Below, one piece after another: positions 8,577 to 17,224 of a stretch of 33,828 nucleotides of DNA. Under the pieces are notes generated by a model. It did not search any database, was not told the origin of the DNA, and was given only the letters and a program-made list of their open reading frames with translations. The stretch's first letter is position 1, and every line of letters begins with the position of its first letter. The DNA is from Candidatus Xenobia bacterium (GTDB lineage Bacteria > Vulcanimicrobiota > Xenobia > Xenobiales > QWHO01): contig BTUM01000085.1 in NCBI GenBank assembly GCA_045863235.1, positions 1 through 33,828 of the forward strand. Reading direction: 5' to 3'. The position numbers were made by a program, and so were the translations under genes.

Positions 8577-9705
8577 GCTGGCCTTCGGCGTCCTCTGGCT
8601 GGCCGACTTTCCGGTCTGGGCCTGGCGCCGTTTCGAGCCGACTCTGGCCGAGCGCGAGCTTCTGGTGGTGGCCGCCGGACAGGTGGTCAGCCTCACCCCG
8701 GCTTTGCGCCTGGCCGGCATCCGGGTGGGCTTCAGTCGGGAGCGGGCTCTGGCCCTGGCCCCCCAGGCCGAAGTGCGGCTGGCGGCGGGCATCCCTCAGG
8801 GGTTGATTGAGGAGGAGGTGCTGCAAGCCTGCAACCGCTATACTCCCTGGCTCGAGTCTCAGGGGGCGGGACTGCTGGTGGCCAGGCTGGCCGCTCACGA
8901 GCTGGACGAGTTGGCCGCTTCTTTCGGGGCCCGGGCGGGGCTGGCCAGCGATCGCTCCACCGCCTATCTGGCGGCTCTGGCTGCCCGCCCGGGTCAGTTG
9001 CTCCAGGTGAGCGCTGGCCACGAGCAGCTCTTTCGTCAGGCCCTGCCGCTGGCCTTGCTGGGTCGAGCTGAGCTCTCGCCTGATTGCTTGCAGAAGCTTT
9101 CCTGGCTGGGCTTCAGCACGGTGGCCAGCTTGCTGGGCCTGACCCGGGCCCAGCTGCAGGCCCGCCTGGCGGAAGGCGAGCGGCTTTACTGGCTGAGCCG
9201 CTGGGAGGACCGTCGCCCGGTGCCGCTCTACAGCCCCCCTCTCGAGTTGGAGTCTCGCTGGGCGCGCGAGGAAGAGCTCGATGAGCTCGAGCCGGTGCTG
9301 CGCCACTTGCTTGGCGAGCTGTTGCCTCGATTGGGGACGCGTCGGGTCAGCCGGGTCACGGTCGAGGCAGGCTCGGCGCGGGCCCGGCGTTACCTGCAGA
9401 GCCCCACTGCCCGTCCTGGCCCGCTCTGGAATGCCGTGCTGAGAGCAGGTCAGGAGGTTCTGGCTGCCTGCCGCGAGCGGCCCGACGAGCTCGCTCTCCG
9501 GTTGGGCGGTTTGCTCTCGCCACCGGCTCGCCAGGAGCTGCTGTTCGCTCCTGATCGACGCAGCTTGCGTCCAGAGGGGTTGCAGAAGGCGTTGCGCCGC
9601 CTCGAGGCGCGCCTGCCGGGCCGGCTGTTCAAAGTAAGCTACCACAACCCCGAGGCCTACCTGCCCGAGGAAGCCTGGACGCTGGAGCGCCTGCAACCCT
9701 CATGA
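8563..9705 (+). CDS. Catalytically dead Y-family polymerase-like protein (ImuB/ImuY type)
   Basis: Y-family layout (A..AGIR.G.S...ALALAP; YTPWLE; AGLASDR..AYLAA; LP+..L...L..LG..TV..L) with no DxD or SIDE catalytic acids; clamp-binding-like QELLF near the C-terminus; overlaps lexA by 14 nt. Confidence 0.8.
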   Translation: MSAAELAFGVLWLADFPVWAWRRFEPTLAERELLVVAAGQVVSLTPALRLAGIRVGFSRERALALAPQAEVRLAAGIPQGLIEEEVLQACNRYTPWLESQGAGLLVARLAAHELDELAASFGARAGLASDRSTAYLAALAARPGQLLQVSAGHEQLFRQALPLALLGRAELSPDCLQKLSWLGFSTVASLLGLTRAQLQARLAEGERLYWLSRWEDRRPVPLYSPPLELESRWAREEELDELEPVLRHLLGELLPRLGTRRVSRVTVEAGSARARRYLQSPTARPGPLWNAVLRAGQEVLAACRERPDELALRLGGLLSPPARQELLFAPDRRSLRPEGLQKALRRLEARLPGRLFKVSYHNPEAYLPEEAWTLERLQPS

Positions 9706-9950
9706 GGCAGGTCATGGAGCCGATCGAGGTGCGGGTGGAGGCCGACGCTTTGAGGGCCTTTCGCTGGCGTAGACGGGTCTATCCCGTGGAGCAGATCCTG
9801 GAGAGCTGGATTTACCGGGGCCGCTGGTGGACCGACGAGCGTCTGGCCGGCGAGCGGCGGGTCTACTACCGCCTCCTGGCCCGCCGGGGCAGCTATGAGC
9901 TGTATCGCTCCGACCGCCAGGGCTGGGTGCTCAGTCGGGTTCTGGATTAG
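9702..9950 (+). CDS. DUF6504-like small protein (stand-alone ImuB C-terminal-like domain)
   Basis: FRWRRRVYPVEQILESW...GRWW....RVYYRL.....YELYR....WVLSRVLD pattern; ATGA overlap with the imuY-like gene. Confidence 0.75.
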   Translation: MRQVMEPIEVRVEADALRAFRWRRRVYPVEQILESWIYRGRWWTDERLAGERRVYYRLLARRGSYELYRSDRQGWVLSRVLD

Positions 9951-10246
9951 GGCGAGCCTTGTTTTGAGCGGCCCCAGGATGACGGGCAGCGAGCTTGCGG
10001 TTGAGAATTCCTGGATTTGCGCGTTTCTCTCAATGTTTTGAGAATGATGAACAGGGTGAAACTTTTGTTGCCGACATGTTGTCAGGGCCAGCTTGATTCC
10101 TGTTCTGTAAGGATTTGAGTGGCGAATCATGGACACATGATGCTGTCCTTTTGGGTGGGACAGGAAGGAGTCCTGCCCCTAGACTGGTCAGGGTCGGGTC
10201 GTTAAATAGAAGACAAGAATCCAACGGCGAAAGGATCCGCCCGACA

Positions 10247-10792
10247 ATGCAGAGCAAGAACCCCTTTGCTGCGCTATTGCAGACCGTCGATCTTGCTGCC
10301 CGGCTGGCCCGGCAGGTCGACTTCGAGGACGACAATTCGGGCGGAAATTTCAATGGAAATTTTGGATTCGGTGGCAACGCCCCCCAGGTTTCCAACCAGC
10401 CGCGCGAGCTGAACACCAATGACCTGTTCAACGAGTATGAGGAAGAGGTGCTCGAGGACGGGCGGAACATCCGGCGCTACCCCAACGGCACCGTGAGGCT
10501 CGAGAATCCCACCAGCGGGGTGATGCAGGAAGAGCGTCCCGATGGCAGCCTGGTCATCTCCCTGCCGGGAGGCAAGCTCCTCTACCAGCGTTTCGGCGGA
10601 GAGCCCCTGATGGTGCTGGACACCAACGGCAACTCCGAGCCCACCCTGGCCCAGGTGAGCTCTGTCACGATGCCCGACCAGGACGAGCCGGCCCTGATGT
10701 TCCACTTCCAGGACCGCAATGGCACCCACCTGATCGAGATGGAAACCCTGCGTTACTTCAAGGTGCGCCAGAGCCTCTTCGCCGCCGCCTGA
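10247..10792 (+). CDS. Hypothetical cytoplasmic protein with short beta-hairpin repeats
   Basis: GC3-rich codon usage from the ATG at 10247, with AAAGGA upstream; repeats EEVLEDG/IRRYPNG/LENPTSG/EERPDG/ISLPGG; C-terminus FAAA. Confidence 0.75.
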   Translation: MQSKNPFAALLQTVDLAARLARQVDFEDDNSGGNFNGNFGFGGNAPQVSNQPRELNTNDLFNEYEEEVLEDGRNIRRYPNGTVRLENPTSGVMQEERPDGSLVISLPGGKLLYQRFGGEPLMVLDTNGNSEPTLAQVSSVTMPDQDEPALMFHFQDRNGTHLIEMETLRYFKVRQSLFAAA

Positions 10793-10847
10793 TCGAGCGA
10801 GTCCCGAGAATCCCCCACGACCCGATCGGAGTCAGGCGGCAAGATCC

Positions 10848-13247
10848 CTACCAGAGCTGGGCTCGCTCGGCCTCGGGCAGGGCCATCGGCTGGCCTGGCT
10901 CCACCCCGTAGGCGGCCGCAAAGGCAGGCAGGTTCTTGAGCGTCTGGTTGATGCGGAACTCCACCACCGGATGAGGGTCGGTCTGCACCTGCTGGCGGGT
11001 GGCCTCGGGGCGCTGGTTGTTGGCCCACACCTGCCCAAAGCCCATGAAGAATCGCTGCTCGGGCGTGTAGCCGTCCAGCTTGGGTCCGAAGGGCTTGCCC
11101 TTGAGCGAGTTCTGGTAGGCGGTCAGGGCCAGGGTTACCCCGCCCACGTCGGCCAGGGCCTCGCCCAGCACCAGGTTGCCGTTCAGGCGCAAGCCTGGCT
11201 CCACCTCGTAGTTTTCGGCCTGGGCCTTGATGACCCCGGCCCGGTTCATGAACTCCTCGCGGTCGGCCTCGGTCCACCAGTTGCGCAGGTTGCCCTCGGC
11301 GTCGAACTTGGAGCCCTTGTCGTCGAAGCCGTGGGTGAACTCGTGCCCGATCACCATGCCGATTCCACCGTAGTTGATGGCGTCGTCAGCCTGAGCGTCG
11401 AAGAAGGGCGGCTGCAAGATGGCGGCCGGGAAGACGATCTCGTTGTTCTGGGGGCTGTAATAGGCGTTGACCATGGCCGGGGACATGTGCCAGGCTGCCT
11501 TGTCGACCGGTTGCCCGATCTCGGCCAGGTCCTTGCGGGCCGCCCAGGCTCGAATGTTCATCACGTTCTGGCCGTAGACCCCGCGCTCGACGGGAATGTC
11601 GGACTCATCCGGCCACTCGTCCGGGTAGCCCACCTTCACGCCCACGTTGGCCAGCTTGTCCAGGGCTTGAGATTTCGTCTCGGCGCTCATCCAGTCGAAC
11701 GAGCGGATGTGCTCGCCCACGGCTCCGCGGATGTTCTCGATCATCTCCTCGCAGCGAGCCTTGGACTCGGGCGGGAAGGTGCGCTCCACGTAAGCCCGGC
11801 CCAGAGACATGCTGAGGTGGTTGGCGGTGGAGTCGGCCATGCGCTGGTCGCGAGGCTTGCGCCCCTGGGCCCCGCTGAGCACCTTGCCGAAGAAATTGAA
11901 GCTCTCCTCGTCGAAGCGGGCCGGCAGGAAGCTGGCCGCACCGTCCACCAGGCGCACCTGCAGGTAAGCCTTCCAGTCTTCCACCGGGGTCTCGGCCAAC
12001 TCGCGGTCGAGCTGCTGGAAGAAACGCGGGGTGGCCATGTTGACCGTCTCGAGCGATTCCAGACCCAACCCGTTCAGGTAGCCGTTCCAGTTGAAGTTGG
12101 GGGTCAGGGCCTGCAATTCGTCGCGGTTCATGATGTGGTAGAGGTTGGCCGGGTCGCGCATCTCGGCCTTGGTGAGCGAGGCGTTGGCCAGCCGGGTCTC
12201 CAGGGCCATCACCCGACCGGCCTTGGAGGCGGCCGTGGCGCTGTCGTCGCCGAGCAACTCGAACACCTTGCCCAGGTGCTCGACGTAAGCAGCCCGCAGC
12301 TGGTCGGCCTTCTCGCCCTGGTCCTCGTAGTAATTCTTGCCGGGCAGGCCCAGGCCGCCCTGATAGGCGCCGGCAATGTTCATGGTGCTGTCGTGGTAGT
12401 CGGTCACGCTGCCGAAGCCGAAAGCGGCGCCGTTGCCAGTGCGGTGGAACTCGGTCAGAGTGGCCTGCACGTCGGCGGCGCTCTGCATGGAGCCGATGCG
12501 GTCGAGCAGCGGCTGGATGGGGGAGAGGCCGGCCGCCTCGATGCTGGCCGTATCCATGGCGCTGGCGTAGAAGTCGCCCAGCTTCTGCTCCACGGAGCCC
12601 TTCGGAGCGTCGGTGCGCCCGGCGTACTCCTCCAGGATCTGCTTCTGGATGCGGGTGCTGGCCTCGCGCAACTCGTTGAATCGGCCCCAGCGCACCTGGT
12701 CGTTGGGGATCGGGTTCTTGGCCAGCCAGCCGCCGTTGATGTGCTGATAGTAGTCTTGCTGGGGAGCCACGGCCGGGTTCAGGTTGCTGAGATCGAATCC
12801 GTGGCCGGGAACGCTCTCAGACTGACTCAAGGCGATGTCGCGCAGGGTGGTGAGATAGGCCGCTCCGGCCCCGCTGGCCTGCGGGCTGGTGTGGGCCGTG
12901 ACGGCGGCAGCTTTGGCTGCAGCTCCCGGCTCGTTCGCGAGGGACGCGATCTGGTCGAGGTAGATGTTGGCGACCTGGGCTCGCACGCGCGGGTTGTCCA
13001 CCGTCTCGAGGGTGCGCACTCCGAGCTGGGCAAGCACCACGCTGGCTGGCCCGCTGAGGCTGATTCCCAGGGCATTGGTGGCGGTCTGCTGCCCGCTCCT
13101 GGCCAGGGAGGTGGGGCTGGGAGGCTGGGGCCGGCCCAACTCGGCCTGGTCCACCGGGACCGACTCCTGCGTCTGGCTGGCAGAGGCCGTCTGGGGTCTT
13201 GAGGTCATCGGGGCAATGGACGGGGCGGAGAGGGGGCGAACGAGCAA
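10848..13247 (-). CDS. M13-family (neprilysin/PepO-like) zinc metallopeptidase with a ~148-aa N-terminal extension
   Basis: PQQDYYQHINGGW, VGYPD, VNAYY, GHEFTHGFDD (HExxH), GEALAD, TDPHP; TTG start preceded by GGAGG. Confidence 0.93.
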   Translation of the reverse strand: MLVRPLSAPSIAPMTSRPQTASASQTQESVPVDQAELGRPQPPSPTSLARSGQQTATNALGISLSGPASVVLAQLGVRTLETVDNPRVRAQVANIYLDQIASLANEPGAAAKAAAVTAHTSPQASGAGAAYLTTLRDIALSQSESVPGHGFDLSNLNPAVAPQQDYYQHINGGWLAKNPIPNDQVRWGRFNELREASTRIQKQILEEYAGRTDAPKGSVEQKLGDFYASAMDTASIEAAGLSPIQPLLDRIGSMQSAADVQATLTEFHRTGNGAAFGFGSVTDYHDSTMNIAGAYQGGLGLPGKNYYEDQGEKADQLRAAYVEHLGKVFELLGDDSATAASKAGRVMALETRLANASLTKAEMRDPANLYHIMNRDELQALTPNFNWNGYLNGLGLESLETVNMATPRFFQQLDRELAETPVEDWKAYLQVRLVDGAASFLPARFDEESFNFFGKVLSGAQGRKPRDQRMADSTANHLSMSLGRAYVERTFPPESKARCEEMIENIRGAVGEHIRSFDWMSAETKSQALDKLANVGVKVGYPDEWPDESDIPVERGVYGQNVMNIRAWAARKDLAEIGQPVDKAAWHMSPAMVNAYYSPQNNEIVFPAAILQPPFFDAQADDAINYGGIGMVIGHEFTHGFDDKGSKFDAEGNLRNWWTEADREEFMNRAGVIKAQAENYEVEPGLRLNGNLVLGEALADVGGVTLALTAYQNSLKGKPFGPKLDGYTPEQRFFMGFGQVWANNQRPEATRQQVQTDPHPVVEFRINQTLKNLPAFAAAYGVEPGQPMALPEAERAQLW

Positions 13248-13321
13248 AGGAGCCTCCAGAATGTTCTTATGGTGGCATTCTAGAGGCTCCGACCGGTCGG
13301 GATGGTTGCCTTTGTGTAAAA

Positions 13322-13843
13322 CTACAGTCGGGGTCGCAGTCGGAAGGAGTCCAGGAAGCGGTTGAGCTCGGCTTCGTCATAGGCGTCCTCGGTCTGGCCA
13401 CCGAGAACCTGGTAGAGCCGGTTCTTGACCAGATAGAGGCGGGCCCTGGCTTTGATCTTCTTGCTGGGAGCCGAGAACACGAGCTCGATGCCCGGGTGGC
13501 CCTCCAGCTCGATCCAGCTCTCTTTCTCGAGTTTGCCCCCGATGTTGCGCAGCGCCCCATCGCGCGCGCCGCGCAGTAGCTCCTTCGCGTCCTTCTTGTC
13601 CACCGCCCAGTCGGGAAAATCGGCGTAGGCCGAGGCGTAGCCCCAGGTACGCCCTTCACTCAGGGCCATGTGGAAGGTGATAGTGCCCACCGCGGTGGGG
13701 ACCTTATCGCTGGACTCCTTGGGGGAGTGGGGCATCTCCACCGAATAGCCGCCCTTGTTGGAGCGGTACTCGGTCCAGCGGGACTGGCCGCAGCCAGCCA
13801 CCAGCAGCGCCATTGCCAGCAGGGCGAGAAGCGGTTTGTGCAT
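13322..13843 (-). CDS. Hypothetical lipoprotein
   Basis: MHKPLLALLAMALLVAGC lipobox; W..Y.S..GGYSV.MP start and ...RLYQV......RFLDSFRL end, reminiscent of PsbP/Mog1-like folds. Confidence 0.8.
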   Translation of the reverse strand: MHKPLLALLAMALLVAGCGQSRWTEYRSNKGGYSVEMPHSPKESSDKVPTAVGTITFHMALSEGRTWGYASAYADFPDWAVDKKDAKELLRGARDGALRNIGGKLEKESWIELEGHPGIELVFSAPSKKIKARARLYLVKNRLYQVLGGQTEDAYDEAELNRFLDSFRLRPRL

Positions 13844-13864
13844 CTTTCGTTCCACCTGTCCTTT

Positions 13865-13905
13865 CAGTATGTGTATATTATACACTAACTGGACAGGGGA
13901 GTAAA
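13865..13905 (-). promoter_or_regulatory. Sigma70 promoter overlapped by a palindromic operator
   Basis: The minus strand has TTTACT-17 nt-TATAAT. The palindrome CAGTATGTGTATA-T-TATACACTAACTG (13865-13891) covers the -10. Confidence 0.7.
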
Positions 13906-13952
13906 GCAGGAAGAGTCGTGGCAGGAAGATGCCAGGCCTCCTCCTCCCGATC

Positions 13953-15212
13953 TCAGAGCTCGACGGTCAGCCGGGGGGCCTGGCGCTTGAGCTCCTCGAC
14001 CTCGGGAGCCGGGACGGCGTTGCCGCGCAGGTACACGCGACGCAGAGCGGGCAGGGCGCTCAGTCCGGCAGGAAGATGGCTCAAGGAGTTCCCCTCGGCG
14101 CTGAGGACGGTCAGGTCGTGGAGCTCCTTGAGGTCCGGCAGGCTCGTCAGCCGGTTGCCGTTGAGCTGTAACGAGCGCAGCTCGGTCAACAGGTCGAGCG
14201 CAGGAAGCTGGCTGAGACGGTTGCGCTCGAGCAGCAAGGAACGCAGCCTGCGAAGGCGGGTCAGGCTGGCCGGCAGGCTGCTCAGCTCGTTGTCGGACAG
14301 GTCGAGATACTCCAACTGGGTCAGCTCGCCCAGGCTCTCGGGCAGCGAGCCCAGGTTGTTGCCCGAGCAGTCGAGCCCTTTGAGCGAGGTAATGCGGAAC
14401 ACCACCCCGGCATTCTTGCCCAGGGAGTTCTCGGCCAGATCCAGCTCTTCCAGTCGCAGCAGCCCGGACAGGCTGTCGGGGAGGGCTGTGAGGGCGTTGC
14501 TGGCAAGATAAAGCTTTTGCAGCCTGGACAGCTTGCCCACTTCGGCCGGAATGGCTTTCAGCTGGCACTCGCTCAGATCGAGCAGGTCGAGATGAGACAG
14601 CGTGCCGATGCCGGCCGGCACCGAGCCCATCGCGTTTCCAGCCAGAACCAGGCTGTTCAGCTTGGGGCTCTTGAGAGCGGCTTCCGGAAAGGATTTCAGG
14701 CTGTTGTGACCGAGGTCGAGATCCTCCAGGGCCGGCATGGTCGGCACGGAGTCGAGCTTGTTATGGCTGGCCTTGAGGTGGCGAATTCCCGAGATCCCGG
14801 TCGGCAGGGCGCTGAGCTGGTTGCTTGCCACGAACAGCCCCTCGAGTTTCTTGAGGCCGCTCAGAGGGGGCAGGGCGGTGAGCTGGTTGTTGGTGACGCT
14901 CAGCAGGCGCAAATCGGGCAACTGGCCCACCTCGGCAGGCAGAGTGGTCAGCTGGTTGTTGTCCAGAATGAGCACCTGCAGCTTCTTGAGCTGGCCGATC
15001 TCAGGCGGTAGTGAGGTCAATCCCGCTCCGTTTACGATCAGTACCTCCAGGCTCGTGAGCTGGGCGATCTCGGCGCCGAGCGAGGAGCGCTTCTCATTCA
15101 GCTCGAGCAAGCGGATCTCGGGGTGCTGCAGGGCCTGCTCCAGGGTCTGGGCGGGGGCTGGGGCGGCCAGGGAGGCCAGGGCCAGGGCGAAAAGGCAGAG
15201 CTTCTTGATCAC
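13953..15212 (-). CDS. Secreted leucine-rich repeat protein
   Basis: GTG start after GGAGG; signal peptide MIKKLCLFALALASLAAPAPAQ; about 16 LxxLxLxxNxLxxLP repeats of 20-23 aa. Confidence 0.9.
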   Translation of the reverse strand: MIKKLCLFALALASLAAPAPAQTLEQALQHPEIRLLELNEKRSSLGAEIAQLTSLEVLIVNGAGLTSLPPEIGQLKKLQVLILDNNQLTTLPAEVGQLPDLRLLSVTNNQLTALPPLSGLKKLEGLFVASNQLSALPTGISGIRHLKASHNKLDSVPTMPALEDLDLGHNSLKSFPEAALKSPKLNSLVLAGNAMGSVPAGIGTLSHLDLLDLSECQLKAIPAEVGKLSRLQKLYLASNALTALPDSLSGLLRLEELDLAENSLGKNAGVVFRITSLKGLDCSGNNLGSLPESLGELTQLEYLDLSDNELSSLPASLTRLRRLRSLLLERNRLSQLPALDLLTELRSLQLNGNRLTSLPDLKELHDLTVLSAEGNSLSHLPAGLSALPALRRVYLRGNAVPAPEVEELKRQAPRLTVEL

Positions 15213-15751
15213 ATGTCCTCCGAGGTGTGCATCATCGGGAAACCGTCGCTGTCGAAGTTCGTGGGCCGGGCCCAGGGCTCGGGGGCGCCCCAGCCGTAGT
15301 AGTAGGGCACAGCCGTGCCGTAGACCGGGCCCACCATGGGATACTGCTTGTAAAGCTGCAGCCCGGTCTGTCCGGTCTGTCTGGGCTGGGAGGCCGTCGG
15401 GGCGGTCGCTCCGCCTGGCATGACCTGCAGGAAGGCCTGTTGCCTGGCCGTGCTCGTGCTGGCCAGAATGCGCACGTAGAGGGGCTGGCTGGTGGGAGAG
15501 GTGGCGATGCTGAAACCGGTGTAGGTGGCTCCGGCCGGGATGAGGACCTGGCCGGGCACTCGCACATCGTCTCCGCTCCACAGGGTGACCAGCACCCCGC
15601 CCGCGGGGGCCGGCTGCGAGATGGCCACGGTGCCGCCCAGGGTGGCACCGCCGACCACCTGGTTCTGGTTCAGGTTGAGCGAAAGGAAGTTGCCCTGGGC
15701 CCGGGCTGGAAGGCACAGGGCGGCCAGGAGAATCAGAGCATATTTGGACAA
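15209..15751 (-). CDS. Secreted protein with an Ig-like beta-sandwich domain
   Basis: Signal peptide (M)SKYALILLAALCLPARAQ; LSLN...VVGG....GTV....PAPAGG..V.L.S....VP..V.IPAGAT...F.I.T pattern; the stop overlaps the LRR start (GTGA). The TTG start is uncertain. Confidence 0.7.
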   Translation of the reverse strand: MSKYALILLAALCLPARAQGNFLSLNLNQNQVVGGATLGGTVAISQPAPAGGVLVTLWSGDDVRVPGQVLIPAGATYTGFSIATSPTSQPLYVRILASTSTARQQAFLQVMPGGATAPTASQPRQTGQTGLQLYKQYPMVGPVYGTAVPYYYGWGAPEPWARPTNFDSDGFPMMHTSEDM

Positions 15752-15943
15752 GCGGAGTACCCCCGGGGTAAGAGTCAGCGCCCATTCTCCCTGTTCTTCG
15801 AGAGACCTGTCCAGCACGCTGGAAATCCTTCGCCGGGTAGCTCGGGCGAGGACGTGCTCGAGACGGGTGCTGTCGAGTTCTTGCCAGGTCTGACTCCCAG
15901 CGGCAGGCCGCCTGACCTTGTGGTCGAACAGCCGACTCTCGCG

Positions 15944-17206
15944 ATGAAGCCTTACCGCCCCAAAGTCCTGCGCGACCCGGTGCACGGCAGCCTGCCCATT
16001 CCCTGGCCGGTGCTGCTCGACCTGGTGGACACGCCCCTGTTCCAGCGCCTGCGCGGCATCCGCCAGTTGGGGATGTGCTACACCACCTTCCACGGAGCCG
16101 AGCACTCGCGCTTTCAACACGTGCTGGGGGTCATGTGGCTGATGCACAGAGTGCTGGAGCGCTGGCGCACCCTGGCCGACCTGCCCGAGCTCGAGTGCCA
16201 GGCGGCCTGTGCCGCCGCCCTGCTCCACGACGTGGGCCACGGACCCTTCTCCCACGCCCTCGAGCGCGTCTTCTCGCGCGTCGACCACGAGTCTCTCTCG
16301 CGCCGCATCGTGCGCGAGCGCCTGGCCCCCGTTCTGGAACGGCACGGGCTGAGCGCGGAGATGGTGACCGCCATCATGGAGGGCACCTATCCTCGGCTGG
16401 CTTTTCACGAGCTTCTTGCCAGCCAGCTGGACGTGGACCGCATGGACTACCTGCTGCGCGACTCTCTCTACACCGGGGTGCGCTACGGGCTGTTCGACCT
16501 GGATCGCATCCTGGCTTCACTGGTGCCGCTGGAGGACGAACCGGGGGGCCTGCTGGCAGCTCTCGACCCCAAGGGGGTGGACGCCGTGGAGGAGTTCTTG
16601 TTCAGCCGTTACTTCATGCAGTGGCAGGTGTATCGCCACCGCACCGTGCGCTCGGCCGAGGCATTGTTGCGGGCGGTGCTCGAGCGCTCGCGGCAGGCTT
16701 ACCTCGAGAGCCCCACCTCGCTGTCCATTCCGCCGAACCTGGAGTTCTTGTTCCGCGAGGAAGACCCGGCCAGCCAGGACTTTCTGGACGACTTCCTGCT
16801 GCTAGACGACTTTGATCTGTTCCACGCCATCAAGCTGTGGCGCCGCAGCAGCGATCCGGTTCTGGCCGATCTCTCGGCCCGCTTCAACGAGCGCCGTCCC
16901 TACAAAGTGCTGCCCCATCCGGGGCCGGGCGAGCGGCTGGAAGCCGTCGAGAACCTGGTGAAGCACCGGTTCGGCCAGGCCTGGCGCTTCTATCTGCTGT
17001 CCGACTCGCCCGAGGACGCGGGCTTTGAGGTTTACCGGGGCGACCACAACCGGCCCATTCGGGTCAAGACCGGCCCCAGGAGCTGGCGAGAATTCAGCCA
17101 GATGACCCGCACCGACGCCGTGCTCTCCCTGGCCGCCACGGTGCGCACGGACAACCTGCTCATCGCCCCCGAGTGCCGCGAGGAGGCAGCCCGGTTGCTT
17201 CAGTAG
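15944..17206 (+). CDS. HD-domain phosphohydrolase (YwfO/SAMHD1-like dNTP triphosphohydrolase family)
   Basis: RDPVHG, FQRLRGIRQLG, HSRFQH, LLHDVGHGPFSH, SQLDVDRMDYLLRDS, R..M..QVY.H. Confidence 0.9.
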   Translation: MKPYRPKVLRDPVHGSLPIPWPVLLDLVDTPLFQRLRGIRQLGMCYTTFHGAEHSRFQHVLGVMWLMHRVLERWRTLADLPELECQAACAAALLHDVGHGPFSHALERVFSRVDHESLSRRIVRERLAPVLERHGLSAEMVTAIMEGTYPRLAFHELLASQLDVDRMDYLLRDSLYTGVRYGLFDLDRILASLVPLEDEPGGLLAALDPKGVDAVEEFLFSRYFMQWQVYRHRTVRSAEALLRAVLERSRQAYLESPTSLSIPPNLEFLFREEDPASQDFLDDFLLLDDFDLFHAIKLWRRSSDPVLADLSARFNERRPYKVLPHPGPGERLEAVENLVKHRFGQAWRFYLLSDSPEDAGFEVYRGDHNRPIRVKTGPRSWREFSQMTRTDAVLSLAATVRTDNLLIAPECREEAARLLQ

Positions 17207-17224
17207 CAGCGAGGCGGGCAAGCT

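Noticed and set aside
10090..10246. Known riboswitch (e.g. c-di-GMP-I) in the long leader of the 10247 gene
   Set aside because: Only short hairpins are present and no conserved aptamer nucleotides were recognised; an Rfam scan would be needed.
15213..15943. Apparent long N-terminal extensions of the LRR (to 15785) and HD (from 15227) ORFs
   Set aside because: The RBS and signal peptide place the LRR start at 15212, and family motifs place the HD start at 15944. The region between encodes a separate Ig-like gene.
15944..17206. HD protein as an anti-phage dNTPase defence system
   Set aside because: It matches the widespread YwfO-like family, and no defence-island genes are nearby.
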